The notes under the pieces: model-generated
The model's database searches: none
The model's input: only the letters and a program-made list of their open reading frames with translations
Told to the model about the DNA's origin: nothing
In this document: piece after piece, positions 28,387 to 41,526 of the stretch
Position numbering within the stretch: position 1 is the first letter of the stretch
Layout: every line of letters begins with the position of its first letter
Translations under genes and position numbers: made by a program
Assembly (NCBI RefSeq): GCF_009914755.1
Contig: NC_060926.1
Strand: one strand, 5' to 3'
Length of the DNA stretch: 64,000 nucleotides
Source: the human T2T-CHM13v2.0 reference genome, Homo sapiens

Positions 28387-28983
28387 TATGCTTACCTTTG
28401 CTGCCATCACTCCTTATGTCTCTGCTTATGTTGTCCATTTTAATACCAGCTCCATCACAGCTGCAGCAAGGCTCACAAAAGTGCAAGAGTATTCTTCTTG
28501 AGTCCTTTCATTAGGATTCAACAAAGCCCTTCTCTTTCTCTTTTCTTATGGATGCTCCAGGGTTGCAAATAATATATTAATCTTGGTCCCTCACTTTTGA
28601 ATCAGCCTTGCTGGTTACATTTTTAATATGTATGCTTACCTTTGCTGCCATCACTCCCTTTGCCTCTGCTAAAGTTGTTCATTTTAATAGTAGCTCTATC
28701 AGAACTGCAGCAAGGCTCACAGAAGTGCAAGAGTGTTCTCTGTTTCTTGGGTCCTTTCATTAGGATTCAACAAAGCCCTTCTCTCTTTTCTCCCATCCAA
28801 GTACTAACCAGGCCTGACCCTGCTTAGCTTCCGAGATCAGACGAGATAGGGCGCATTCAGGGTGGTATGGCTGTAGACGCCCTTCTCTCTTTTCTTATGG
28901 ATGCTCCAAGGTTACAAATAATATATTAAGTTTAGTCTCTCACTTTTGAGTCTACCTTACTGGCTACATTTTTAATATGTATG
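28387..28983. repeat. Diverged head-to-tail tandem duplication, ~244-bp unit, two copies
   Basis: atgcttacctttgctgccatcactcc at 28388 and 28632; both copies end tacatttttaatatgtatg; copy 2 carries the 5S insertion. Confidence 0.95.
28789..28878 (-). pseudogene. 5S rRNA retropseudogene (RNA5SP-type), nt 1-90 only, no poly(A) tail
   Basis: Reverse complement gtctacagccataccaccctgaatgcgccctatctcgtctgatctcggaagctaagcagggtcaggcctggttagtacttggatgggaga matches human 5S nt 1-90 with 4 mismatches; 17-bp TSD gcccttctctcttttct. Confidence 0.97.
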
Positions 28984-30547
28984 TCAACATGGCAGAGAAC
29001 ACTAAATTGCTACCATAAATTGTTTCAAAGAAACAGTGTTTTATCTTGTTATTATCAATCCATCTCTCAGTCCAGTGTCGAGACCCTTCATCTCTTTTCT
29101 TCCTCAGGATGCACTTTAAGGGCACATTTCTGAATACTGGAAAGAGATGTGTGCACCAAGTTTCATTTGGGAGAGAATGTCGAGAGACTCACTCCACATT
29201 CCTGATATGATTCTTCAAAAGTTTTCCTAAAAGACTCATTAAATGCTCATGCAAAGAAAACTCCTGTTATAACATCTGACTTCTCAGCATCTCTTTACAG
29301 TGTATGTCAGTTAGAGTTCCTTCTGGAAGTCTCACAGCACTCACTCTGGCCAAAATTAAATAGAACTTGTCTTAGTAGGCTGTTTCTTCTTGTTATATAT
29401 TTTACTAGAATTATTCAATTCAACCAGTGACTACATTCACCTCTTAAGATAACACAGTGGTTTACCTCAGCAGTCACAATTACCCTAATGAGTAAATCTG
29501 AAGAGGTTCTTTAAATGAAGTTGCTAGGAAAATATTTCAATAATTGGAAAGAGCGTGGGGCTCCTCCAAAAAGCAGGTATTTAGGATGGGTGTTATAATG
29601 GTGAGACTCAGAAGAGCAACATATCAAAGAATTCAGTCAATGATAGGGAAATAAAAATGAAGGGAGAGATTGCAGGGAACTAAGAAAACAAACAAAAGAA
29701 CCCGTACCATCTAGATTGCAATATGCATGAATTTTAGTGAAGATAATATTGCTCCAGATGTGGGGACAGTGGTGGTCGAGGGTCACCACTTTCATGAATG
29801 GTCATCAATTTTAATGAAGGCATAAGATGACATGTTATTTTCAATTAAAAGAAGAAAATACTCCCAGGGTACATCAAATTCATTGATTATTTTTTCTCCT
29901 TATTCCTGGCTGTTTCTACTAGGTGTTGTACTTCTTGAGTTTTTTCTTTTTTATGATTGGCTTATCTTTTGCTATTGCTGTGGACTAGATGCCACTTGGC
30001 ACCACCATATGGGCTCGTTTACTTCCTGCTATTTTATTTTTTTTTCCAGGTGTCCAGCTTCAATCAGAGTCCAGTGTATTCTAGATTATGAATATTTAAT
30101 AATTAGTCACTTGCAGTGGTTCTCCTACCATGCCATAGAGAAGGCATGATCCCTGCCCATGTAGATATAATATGGGTCCAACTATCCTGCTCCTTCCTCC
30201 TTAAATGCATCAGCACATATTCAGGCATCTGTCTGTAGTGCTGGTTGTTGCTCTCCCGTCCAGGAGCTGGTAGGAACACAATGACCACAGATACGGCCTA
30301 AAAAAGGGTTGAGTGTCAAAAACATGCACTTCCTTGCTTTTTTACATTTCTTAGCCTTTGGTAAGAATGTTCATCACATCTACCACCTTCACACTCATCC
30401 CAACTTCTGGGAAACTTAATTCAATTTTGTTACTTATTGGAATCCTAGTCTGAAAAACCAGCTGATTGACTGCATGGGATATTAATAATTTAATGATATA
30501 CTCAATCCACTTGGGAAAGCTCAAAGTCCTTTATAGTGAGCAAAAGA

Positions 30548-30592
30548 AGAGCTAATACCCTGGATCATTGAGAGCTACTACCCTGGATCATT
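30548..30592. repeat. 23-bp-period tandem duplication
   Basis: agagctaataccctggatcatt g agagctactaccctggatcatt. Confidence 0.9.
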
Positions 30593-30624
30593 ATGGGGTT
30601 AAAACCTAGGCCAGGGTATCGTAA

Positions 30625-30860
30625 TACAATGGTTTGGAAATGAGTGAAGAAATCAGAAAGCTATACATTCAAATCTTGCTCTCCTACTTTCTCAACGAAT
30701 AACATGATTTAGGTTGTGTGAACTTCATTTTCCTCTTTGTTAATACAGACTTAGCTGTGTATATGACTTTTGTTAAGACTGAGTGAGAAAATGTATGTAA
30801 AGAGCTTAGCTCAGGCTCAGTACAAATGAGCACTCATTAAATCAAAGCTCTTGTTATGAT
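30625..30860 (+). mobile_element. MIR
   Basis: ttcaaatcttgctctcctactt ... cttcattttcctctttgttaa ... aatgtatgtaaagagcttagc. Confidence 0.75.
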
Positions 30861-31987
30861 TAAGAATTAACAGCATCCATTTACAGGTTTTAGTGTTTCT
30901 GTGAATATTTGCTCTGCTTTTGCAAATACCCCCTTTGAATGTTGGTTCCTCCTCATAGTTGGTGTAGTCTAATAGGATTGAGGCTTTCTCCTGACTGGGA
31001 GAGTACCAGGCTTAGGAGTGACTGAGCTCCTGTCTATACATGAGAGAAAGAGACAGCCTTTGGTTTTTCCTTTGGTGGAATTTTCCCCGTGTTCTCTTTT
31101 TATTTTCTTCTCTTTCTTCTAAGACCAAGAAAAGCATGGATGGGTAAGATGAAAAGGACCAAAGAATAACTCATCCTGGCTTATAGGCAAAACTCTTTAT
31201 AGAGCTTCAGAAAGATGTTACAAGAATTATAGAGCCTTTATACAGCTTACTAAACTACTCTGTGCTTCCTTTAGGTCACACAGTTTTTGGTTTAAGCCAA
31301 AATTCTCAGCATTATATGTTATCAGAGGATTACTTTTCATTCTCTCTTAGGACCCTTTTAAAATTGGGTGTGATTATTGTGTGTTTCATTACAGATTCAT
31401 ATTTTCAAAAACTTGTCAGGATATAGTTCCAACTTTTTATGATCAATAGATTGAAACAAAAAATTGTCACTGAGCAAAATCAATGATAGTGGATTAAGAA
31501 CTTTGTAAGTTCCACCATCACTGGAAGTAATTGTGTTCCAAACATAAAATCAAAGCAGACATCATCATTGCCTCAAATTATGATTGTCACAGTTTTTTTT
31601 CTTAAGTTCAATTTAGGCTGAAATGTTTTGATTTGTGATAAACTAAATATCTTTCTGAAATTAACAGGCATTATCTAAGAAGATCTCAAAAAAAAGCACT
31701 TAAAACATAGCATATGGCTTGAGATCCAGGAGGGAGAAAATCATTACCAGAGCACATAGAAAATACCAATTAAATTAAGGTTACCACCTGCCTGGTCTCA
31801 ATCAGGATATTTCACAATAAAAGGTCTGTGTCCAATATCTTGATTTACTTTATTTCTAAACCAATCTTTTCCCTTGAGGTTTGAAACCTTAACTTTCACT
31901 ATATCATTCAGCTAATCTCTATACTCACAGCCATGCCTATCTTCAGAGAAACTTATAATTTATTGTTAGGATTGTTATCAAAAATTC

Positions 31988-32481
<494 letters not shown>

Positions 32482-32499
32482 TAATGAAATTCTAATAGG

Positions 32500-32952
32500 A
32501 CACCTACTCATAGTCTTGTTCTCTTCCCATCTATCTACTACATTTTTTACAGAACAATTTTTCTAAATTGTATACATGATCATGCTATTCTTCTAAATCA
32601 TTTTAGTGACCCCAAATTTTCTTCATGAAAAACTTCTAAAGCCTTTGACATATTGTTAGTACAAGGCCTCCACTGGTTTTCTCTATATACTGCTCCTTCT
32701 CCCACATGTACCTGTAACTTAGACATTTCAGATCATCTCCAATTTATTATCACCAACATGCAATTTCTCTTGCAATTTTTGCTGAAAAGAATGTCGCTCT
32801 TCTTTCTTCCCAAGTCTTTACTAATCCCATAGGTCACTAGGCTGTATGAGGGCAATCATCGTGTGAGTTGTGCTTCCTATTATATTTCCAGCACTTATTA
32901 GAGTGACTGTTAAGTAGTGAGTAGTCAATAAATAAATTTTCTGAATAAATGA
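32500..32952 (+). mobile_element. L2 3' fragment
   Basis: ctgtatgagggca ... ccagcacttattagagtg ... tcaataaataaattttctgaataaatga (L2 terminus). Confidence 0.65.
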
Positions 32953-33429
32953 CAAATTACCCAATTTAAACATAACATCATCCAGAAAATTGTCTTTAGA
33001 TTCTGGGCCTTACTAAACTCAGTATTTTGGTAACAGGTAATGAATGTTTGTAGTCACTGGTTGTAACTGTGTCCTGATTGCATACCATCCCTCTCATGAT
33101 TAAGAGCTCCTTCAAGATTGGCTACATTTATTTCTGTACCCCAAGTTTTAGCATGTGGTTTGTTTTTGGTCCAAATATTCTCATTCCTTGTTCTGTACTT
33201 CATATTTTTGTTTCTATCAAAGTGCAGGGGAGACAAAAGAATTGGAAGAACTCTAACCACACTTGGCAAAGTAAAATTTGTAGATGAGAAGAATTGAAGA
33301 AATGGCTCAGAAATAAAGCAGTGGGCTTATTCAGCCTGGGGCAGAAGTCAAAGTCAGGAAATGAGTTAAAACAACTCTAATCATCAACAAAATGGTCAAA
33401 AATGAATGGATAGTCACCTCACAAGCCCA

Positions 33430-33750
33430 TTTATTCTTTCTGTGATCATTTACTGAGCTCTTATCACCTGTTAGGTATTATTCTGGTGATGGGAAAAAGC
33501 AGTGATAAGCAGATAAAAATCTCGTCTGTGTTGGAGCTTTCTTGTTGGAGAGACGATAAAAAATAAATAAGTAAAAAATGTAGAGCACCATTTGGTGAAG
33601 ATTGCCACTGGAAAAAAAAAAATAAAATAAACCAAGGCAAGGGAAATTTATTACCAGAGAAAGATGTTGCTTTTAGATTTAAAACAAAAAAAATTAAATG
33701 TGGTCAGGGAAGTTCTTTCTGAGGTGACACTTGGCAAAGGAGCTTAAGGA
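33430..33750 (-). mobile_element. L2 3' fragment
   Basis: catttactgagctcttatc ... gtggtcagggaagttctttctgaggtgacacttg. Confidence 0.65.
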
Positions 33751-34120
33751 AAACCATATAATTCACAGCGACAGTCTATGCTCTAGTAACAGATTAACTC
33801 TGCAATATCAGTGAGATAATTCAACCAAAGATGATTTCTTGCATTTGTTGCACGTTCAGTAAGGGTTGGTGAGGTGCTCTGCTCCCCATAGTCAGTGACG
33901 CACCAAGGCAGGTGGCAGCTCCATCTTATTTGTACTGCACAGGAGCACATGGCTCTGGATGTCTCTGTACTGTGGGAGAGAGACTAGAGAGTCACACATC
34001 AGTTTTTATGATACATGCTTCAGTCTCAAAGCCATACATATCCCTTCTGCTCACAGCCTAGTAATCAGAACTAATCACATGACTCAATCCTACACAAAGG
34101 GGCTATCAAGCAAAACGCGA

Positions 34121-34590
34121 TGTATTAGTTTCCTCTGGCTGCTTTAACAAATTACCACAAACTTAGAGGCTTAAAGCAAGACAAATTCATCATAGTATGG
34201 TTCTGAAGATCAGACCTTCTAAAATAGGTGTTGGCAGCTGTGCTTTTTCCAGAGGCTCTGAGGGACAATTTATTGTATTGCCTTTTCCAGCTTCTAGAGC
34301 TGTCCTTATTCCTTGGCTTATGGCTCCATTTGACATTGTCTCTTCTCCCTCTGCTTTCATCATTGCATTGCCTTTTCTCCAATTTTGAGCCTCTTTCCTT
34401 CCTCTTACTAGGATACTTGTGATTATATCAGACACTCCTGGATGATTCGAGATACTCTCCCCATCTCCAGATCTTTAATCACTTTGCAAAGTCTCTTGTT
34501 ATGTAAGGCAACATAGACGCATGTTCTGACATGCTCTGGGGCATAGAATGTGGACAACTTTGGAGGCAGAGCATTGTCCTCTCCACCACA
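34121..34590 (-). mobile_element. MLT1C/D-like MaLR LTR
   Basis: tgtattagtttcctctggctgctttaacaaattaccacaaacttagaggcttaaa ... ctccaccaca. Confidence 0.9.
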
Positions 34591-35489
34591 CTTGATATGA
34601 TACAACAAAAAGATCTCTACTACTGGAATGAACCCAGTATTCTAGATCTGGGTCAAAAACAACATAGTTAATGGAGCAACAAATTCAAAATCTCTGTGTT
34701 GGGAATACATTGAGGGCTCACCAAGGACATGAGTGTGGATAGGTGGAGCACGAGGGAGAATGGCAGGAGATAAGATCTGAAAGGTGAAGGAGGAGTGGGT
34801 GGAAGGAGGTCATGAAGAGCCTTCCCCGTAGGCCTTTATCTTAAGTGGTCTGGGAAGCCATTAGAAAGTATTTACCAGATGAGGAACATAATTTGAGAAT
34901 AGACTGCGGAGTTGAAGTAAAAAGCTGGAAAGAACACATCGAAGTGAGTCAAAACAGGAGAACATTCAAAGTGGCAACAGCAGCTGAGAGTGAGGTCCAA
35001 TCCAACTAACTATGTTGACTACACCAGCTGATTTCTATTAAAATTCTGGTTTATCTTTCAAGAGCCCTGCGGATTCTGGCAGCAAGAAAATTGTGTATAG
35101 AAGAATTGAGACAATTTACCTATCCAGCTACATTTTAGAATATTAGGTCACAATTCTTCCCAAACTTTTTGTCATAATAATTATATATGCATAGTGATTT
35201 AGAACAGAATACGTTTATTTAGTGCTCTATGTATATATTTAGTGTAGAAGGTAGGTGAAGAAAGGTTAACACAACACTGTCATAAGAAGGAATTTGTGTG
35301 TTATTTTATTCACTAGACTCTAACTAATTAGAGAAAACAGAAGATTTTCTCCCCTTTGAGTTGATATTTAACCAACAGAGAAAATAAGGGGGTGGGGTAT
35401 AAATAGCTTCACGAAAAGAGTCAACTTTTATTGTGTGCTAGTATTAGTGAGCACAAAATAGCGTAGATTATTATTATGCTAAACAATAA

Positions 35490-35650
35490 ATGTAAGGGGA
35501 ATAATCTTATCTTCAAATTTAGAGATTAGGAAACTGAATTTGGAGATTAAGAACTGCTTAAACTCAACATCAGTCACAGCATCTAAGTTGTACAGCCAGG
35601 GTTCCAACAGGTAGGCTCACCCCAGCATCAACCCTCTCACCACTATGTGT
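35490..35650 (-). mobile_element. MIR
   Basis: agagattaggaaactgaatttggagattaag ... gtcacagcatctaagttgtacagccagg. Confidence 0.65.
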
Positions 35651-38600
35651 CTTCCATGATCTGAAGTCTACCCCCATCTCAATCAAATATACACAAGTAT
35701 TTTCAGAATATTCAGCCAATTATCATAGTAATTAAATTAATAATCAAATTAATTAATTTGTAATTTTTGAATTATCAAATACATTTGATGTTCATAGGTA
35801 ATTCTGAGCCTGTAGAAAGAAACTCATTCAATAAATACCATATAATTCCTGGTGTAGATATCTAACACTGTAAAGTAACTCATATGTTTTATAAAGCTCT
35901 CTGGTAAACCACAATTGAAACAAAAAATGTTTTCAAATTAAAACTCATTGTAACTTTTTATCCATAATTTTTTCTAAATTCTTTTTGCAGATATTTTTCT
36001 TTCTAGGCTCTTTAACCTCTTGGGAGTAGCAAACATCTTAATTTTGCTTTTTACTGTATAAAATTTGTGATTTATTTGACCTAATTTAAAAATCATTCTG
36101 GTATCTTGGGATTTTTATAATCAGGCTTATGCTATATCTCTTTTTCTCTCTTTCTTAATTTTGTCCAATTAATCATATCCCCCTGGACTTCCTGTTTTCA
36201 GAATTCAGATTGCAATGTTTCTTTGATCAAGTGTTGGCATTTAATGTGCATATGTGGGGGTATACATGTATACCTGTCAAAGGCATTTGAAATACTGAGG
36301 CCCCCTTCCCCCAATTACTCGTGTACACATCATACCTGCCCATTAACATTGCAAAAAATATTTCAGTAAAACATATTTCAGTGGATAAGGTCTTCAACCT
36401 AACAGTAGATTTTATTATTTGCTTTCTGTCCAAATATTGGAGAAATGATTCAGTAAGAAACACAGAACAAGAATGTAAGATTTATCCAAAGATATAAAAA
36501 ATCTTGTGTGTGTGTATGTCTGTGTGTGTTTGTGTTAATTCAGACCATTTTACAAAGTGTATAAATCAAAGATTTAGAAAACAAAACATTCACTTTACCT
36601 TTATGAGACAATAGGAAGTCTAATGAGAAAAACGAGTTTATATTCCGTTAAGAATCAGAGAAATGTTTCAATAATTTTTAGAAAAGTACTTTTAAAATTT
36701 TAATATGTTCCAGGATAATATTATAATGCCTATGTTTTGTTACCCAAACCTTTATATTATACAGAATTCTCATCACCCTCTCCATATAATGGCACATATT
36801 TAAAACTACTTTTGCTTTTGCCTTTTTTTTGTTTGTTTGGTGTGTGATCATCTTTAATCTTACTTATTTCAGTTTCTGTGCTCACTTCTGATTCTAGCAG
36901 CAGTTAGATCATAGATATACCCCTTTCCCGAATTCAATCCTATGATATGTGAAATTTACACAGGCAATTGTGTTCCATGCCGGGATTGGTAGTCAGTTGC
37001 CAGTTTGAATCAGAGCTTTGCTGTTCTGCAAATGTTTTAAAATTTTTCTGAACAAAGAAATAAGACCACATCAGGGCTGTGGAACTGTATGTCTTTCGCC
37101 ATATGACCACCCTGTCTTCCTTCATTGGCTGTACAATAGCAGATACGGAATCACTGACTGTGGAGTCATAAAAAGAAGCGGGTTACAAATAAAACAGTTT
37201 TTTCTAAAGCTGTTCAAATCAATATATTTTCTTCAAATTGATGTATCTTTTCTTAGAGAAACAGGAACACGGGATTACTTTTTCTTTCAACAAATTCAAC
37301 ATTGAGTGAATAAGGGAACAGTTCAAATATAAAAGTAATGGGAGGCCACAGCAGATTTACTTAAACCTCCCCTCAATGTTTTGCATGTGAGAAATATCAG
37401 TGGACACTGGAATGAGAGGAAGATAATTTTCCAGAATCACAGAATCACAGATCAGTTGCCCTTTGTTTGGACCTAAGTGACAGAAAGGGGTGAATTGAGA
37501 AAAGAAATAAAAATAAACCAATTCTATACACTGAATTAACTGTGCAAAGCCTATGGCTGAGCATTAATAAATTGCATGATGAAAAGCAGAAGAAAATTGT
37601 TATGTCTAAACTAAAGGCCGATTTTTCAAAGACATTAGAGAAAATTAAAAATAAGCAGGATGAGACAGTGAGAGATGATTACCAGAATGCTGATAACTTG
37701 GAAGAAAAGCAAACAATTCAGTGGTAAAGTAAAAACAAGGATTTATAGAATGCATCCCTATACATCTCTATCTGGACAGAAATTCAAATAATTTAATAGA
37801 TCATGAAAAGTTAGTTATTTTTGTAGTAAATCACCTTTTAGAGTAGGGGCTGTAATTTATTTCATACTAAATAGTATGTCTGTTATTTCAGAAACTGTTC
37901 TGCGGACTGCAAATTAGAAAGGATTAGACCTTGCTCTTGCTGTCCATTGACTATTATCCATTATTTTTTACTTTATAGTTACAAATACATATCAGAGGAA
38001 AGCAACCCAATTCTACTGAAAATGTCAAAATGAATGTTAATTTAAAAAATAACTATTGCTTCAGATTCTTGATTTTTAAGTTTTCTAGGTGATGGAATTT
38101 TAATTTGTTTTCCTACTTAGAGAAATGTTTTGACCTGAACTTGTTTGGAATTTAATACACCCACACATCCATAAAATTGCAGCTTTTAAGCACTTCTAAC
38201 AGATGATCCAGCTGATGGCAGGATGACATTGATGATCTGTTTTTTTCCAATTAAACATTACTCCAGCTGCCACAGTTGTGCTGAATAGAAGGGAAAACTG
38301 CAAACAATGAACCCTGAGGGATATAAAAATTAAGTATCTGTCTGCTTGAAGAAGAGGCTGATAATGAACCTTCTTAGCAGTTAGCCATGTGGACCACTCA
38401 TTTGTCACTTTGTGTATAGTAGACTAAGCAGTGCTGTTACTGTTATTTATATTTTCACATTCATGAATGGCCTAAACGACTAGACCAAAGGCCCTCAAAA
38501 GTAGAGCGTATATGCCAATGTTTATATGTCCAATGTTTGGCAAAGTTGCCTACATTTAGCAGAAGTGAGGTAGTATCAAACTCAAATAAATTACAGAAAT

Positions 38601-39518
38601 GAAACACTGAAATTAAATGTTGTATTTGAGAGGAAAGAAATGTAATTCAGGGCATACACACAAACCAAGTGGTCTTCTGTACATCTAAAGAAAAAAACCA
38701 GAAGGTTAAAGAAAAAAGAAACTTTCAAGATAAAAGCATCAGTTGAAATGTCCAGGGGAACTACACAATTCTGCTTTTGTTTCTGTAAATATATTAATAT
38801 ATAGTTTCGCTGTAATCTATATTTCTTAAAATTAATATCTGAATTCTTTGAATTCGAATTTTGATATTTTATGCTTTTTAAAATAGCTAAACATAAAATA
38901 TAAAGCAAATGAAGTTTGAAAATCAGACTATAGCAAAAGGAATACGATGTATATATTACCCCCCCACATTAATGTGGTATATTGATAGCAAAGTAATAGA
39001 CTTTATAACAATAAAAGATGTAATAAGGAAAAAAGTGATTGATGCATATAATAATAAACAATTTACCAAAAAATCCTCTAAGCTATTTTATGCCTAATAA
39101 TATAGCTTCAAAAGATATAAAGCAAAAATATACCTAATAGGAGAAATTTCAAGAACATATTATCGAATGTGTCAACACAATGGAGAAGAGTTTTCTAAGA
39201 AAGAAAGAAACACATTAAATACAAAAAATAATAAGGATATACAGAAGTTTTGAACAGACATTCTAGAACACAGAACTTGCAAATTAGAAGGTTAAAATTT
39301 TTTCTAACTCCTACGTGAGATATTTTTCTTAAAATGGAACAGGTGGTACTTTATTAATGCTCAATAAATTTGAAGGACCATATGTCATAAGCTCGTACTC
39401 TCTATAACTCCTTTAAATGCTCAGAAACCAAAGATATTTTACATAAGCTTTTATATTTGAGAATTATTAAAGTTCCTTCTAAATAGGTCTTGGATTCAAT
39501 AATAAATATTTGACTAAA

Positions 39519-39875
39519 TGTATTAGTCTATTCTTACACTGCTAATAAAGTCATACCCAAGACTGGGTAATTTATAAAGGAAATAGGTTTAATGGACTCA
39601 CAGTTCCACATGGCTGGAGAGACCTCACGATCATGGCAAAAGACAAAGAGTAAAGGAATGTTTTAAATGGTGGCAGGCAAGAGAGCTTGTGCAGAGGAAC
39701 TCCCATTTATAAAACCATCACATCTCCTAAGATTCATTTACTACCCCGAGAACTGTATTGGGGAAACCAGTCTGATGATTCAATTATCTCCACCTGGCCC
39801 TGCCCTTAACACATGGGGATTATTACAATTCAAGGTGAGACTTGGGGGTCGTGGGGGAACAGCCAAACCATATCA
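39519..39875 (-). mobile_element. THE1 (B/C-like) solo LTR
   Basis: tgtattagtctattcttacactgctaataaag ... acagccaaaccatatca; TSD ctaaa/cgaaa. Confidence 0.93.
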
Positions 39876-40559
39876 CGAAAACATTTATAAATTTAATCAA
39901 AAGAAAAAAATGAAAATTCTATATAACATCACATGGGTGCAGCTAAAGTAGTACTTCAGGGTAATTTTATCTTAAATGCTTATTGGGATAATCATCTAAA
40001 TTAGGAAGTTAGAATAAGGAAAAAACATAAAAACTGCAAGAAGAAATAGAATTAAATAAAGATAGTGGTAGGTATTAACTAAATAAAAAACATTCTTACA
40101 GTAAAGAGGAGAAAATGGCTGTAAGTACATTATTTAAAACAAAAAAGTACATAGATAAGCCTCTGGAAGATTGACCAGGAAAAATGAGAAAAACCCTAAT
40201 GATCATTATTAGAAAGGTCATATTTAGTTAGAAAAGAGAAGAGTTAGGCAACATAAGAGGATATTATTTAAAAAATATTTGAAAACATAGATACTGAGCA
40301 GTGCTCAGTAATTAAGGTGAGAGTGTTTTCCAGAATGTCTATTTCTAACCATATTGGCATCTAAAGAAAGTGAAAAGGTTTTGAAAGAATACACAAGGCC
40401 TAAATTACTCTATTGACAGTGTCACACAAATTTTAGGAAGAAATAATTCCTATATTATGCAAACTATTCCACTGAGTGAAAAGAGAGTAAAAGTTCTTTT
40501 CAACTAGTTTTATAAGGCTAAAATAACCTTATACCCAAATTAGATAAGGACGGTAGATT

Positions 40560-41113
40560 TACTAGCCAGGATTTTTTAAATAAACAAAACCAACAGGATG
40601 TATATATGGAAAGAAATGTATTAAAAGGAATTCACTGTCGTGATTATGAAGACTGGAAAATCCCAATATCTGCAGGGTGAGTCAACAAGCTGGATCCCCA
40701 GGAAAGCCAATGGTGCAAATTCTAGTTGAGCTGAAAAGCTTGAGGACCAGGAGAATAGATGCTTTAGCTCCTGTCCTGAGGGCAGAAAACTCAAGACCCG
40801 GGTTGAGCTGATGTTTCAGTTCAAGTTTGAAGGTAAGAAAAAGGCAATGTCCCAGTTTGAAAGCAGTCAGGCAGGAGGAATTCTCTCTTAGTCAGAAGAG
40901 GATCAGCCTTTAGTTCTACTCAGGCCTTCAACTAACTGACTGAGGCTCATCCACATTAGGGAGAGCAATCTGCATTACTGAGTCTACTGATTTAAATGTT
41001 AATCACATCCAAAACACCCTCACACCCTCATAGAAACACTCAGGAAAATATTTGACCAACTATGTGGGCAACCAGTGGCCCAGTCAAGTTTACACATAAA
41101 ATTAGCCATCACA
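40560..41113 (-). mobile_element. MLT2-family (ERVL) LTR
   Basis: ggccttcaactaactgactgaggctcatccacatt ... gcccagtcaagtttacacataaaattagccatcaca. Confidence 0.88.
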
Positions 41114-41162
41114 ATATACCAAAAAATTAGTTAACAATATTACTTATAAATATACATGTGGC

Positions 41163-41526
<364 letters not shown>

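Noticed and set aside
28789-28878. Functional 5S rRNA gene
   Set aside because: Lacks the last ~30 nt, a complete box C and the oligo-T terminator, shows CpG decay, and is flanked by a TSD.
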